Assembly (NCBI GenBank): GCA_030390025.1
Contig: CM059431.1
Location: 95,048,001 to 95,112,000, forward strand
Source: Squalus acanthias
Lineage: Eukaryota
Direction: 5' to 3'
DNA length: 64,000 bases
Below, in pieces: positions 63,901-64,000 of the stretch. Position 1 is the stretch's first letter, and the number at the start of each line of letters is the position of its first letter. The notes below the pieces were generated by a model. The model saw nothing but the letters and a program-made list of their open reading frames with translations. It did not search any database and had not been told where the DNA came from. Position numbers and translations under genes: made by a program.

Positions 63901-64000
63901 CACCCCCGTTGACAGACCCCCCCCACCCCCGATTACTGACCTTCCCCCAGCCCCGACTACTGACCCTCCCAACTCCGATTACTGACTCTCCCAGGCCCGA
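48985..64000. repeat. C-rich satellite/minisatellite array, ~19-23-bp monomer CCCCGATTACTGACCCCCCCAG, >15 kb, reaching the window edge
   Basis: Near-invariant GATTACTGA core separated by variable C runs; kilobase-scale higher-order duplications. Confidence 0.98.

Noticed and set aside
48985..64000. CRISPR-like array (constant core with variable spacers)
   Set aside because: Eukaryotic context, a 9-bp core, low-complexity recurrent spacers and no cas genes.

Overview
Vertebrate genomic DNA, most likely from a cartilaginous fish (shark). This is inferred from the connexin sequence and the CR1/L2/Penelope/DeuSINE-type repeat content. The only host gene is GJA8 (lens connexin 50), a single-exon CDS at 35831-34638 (minus strand) in a transposon-poor island of about 5.4 kb. 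The rest is nested mobile DNA: CR1 and L2 LINE fragments, two near-full-length CR1s, two Penelope-like elements ending in candidate minimal hammerhead ribozymes, SINEs and many PIF/Harbinger DNA transposon copies. The most notable feature is a structurally complete 4.25-kb Harbinger (24749-29003). It has 12-bp TIRs, an ATA target-site duplication supported by an empty-site paralog in the window, an uninterrupted DDE transposase, and a convergent 3-exon Myb/SANT partner gene broken only by a 1-nt shift, most simply placed in a G run. The window also holds a ~2-kb poly-G tract (probably partly an assembly artefact) and a >15-kb C-rich ~21-bp satellite with higher-order structure running off the right end. 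All calls come from reading the sequence; no searches were run, and boundaries of degraded repeats are approximate.
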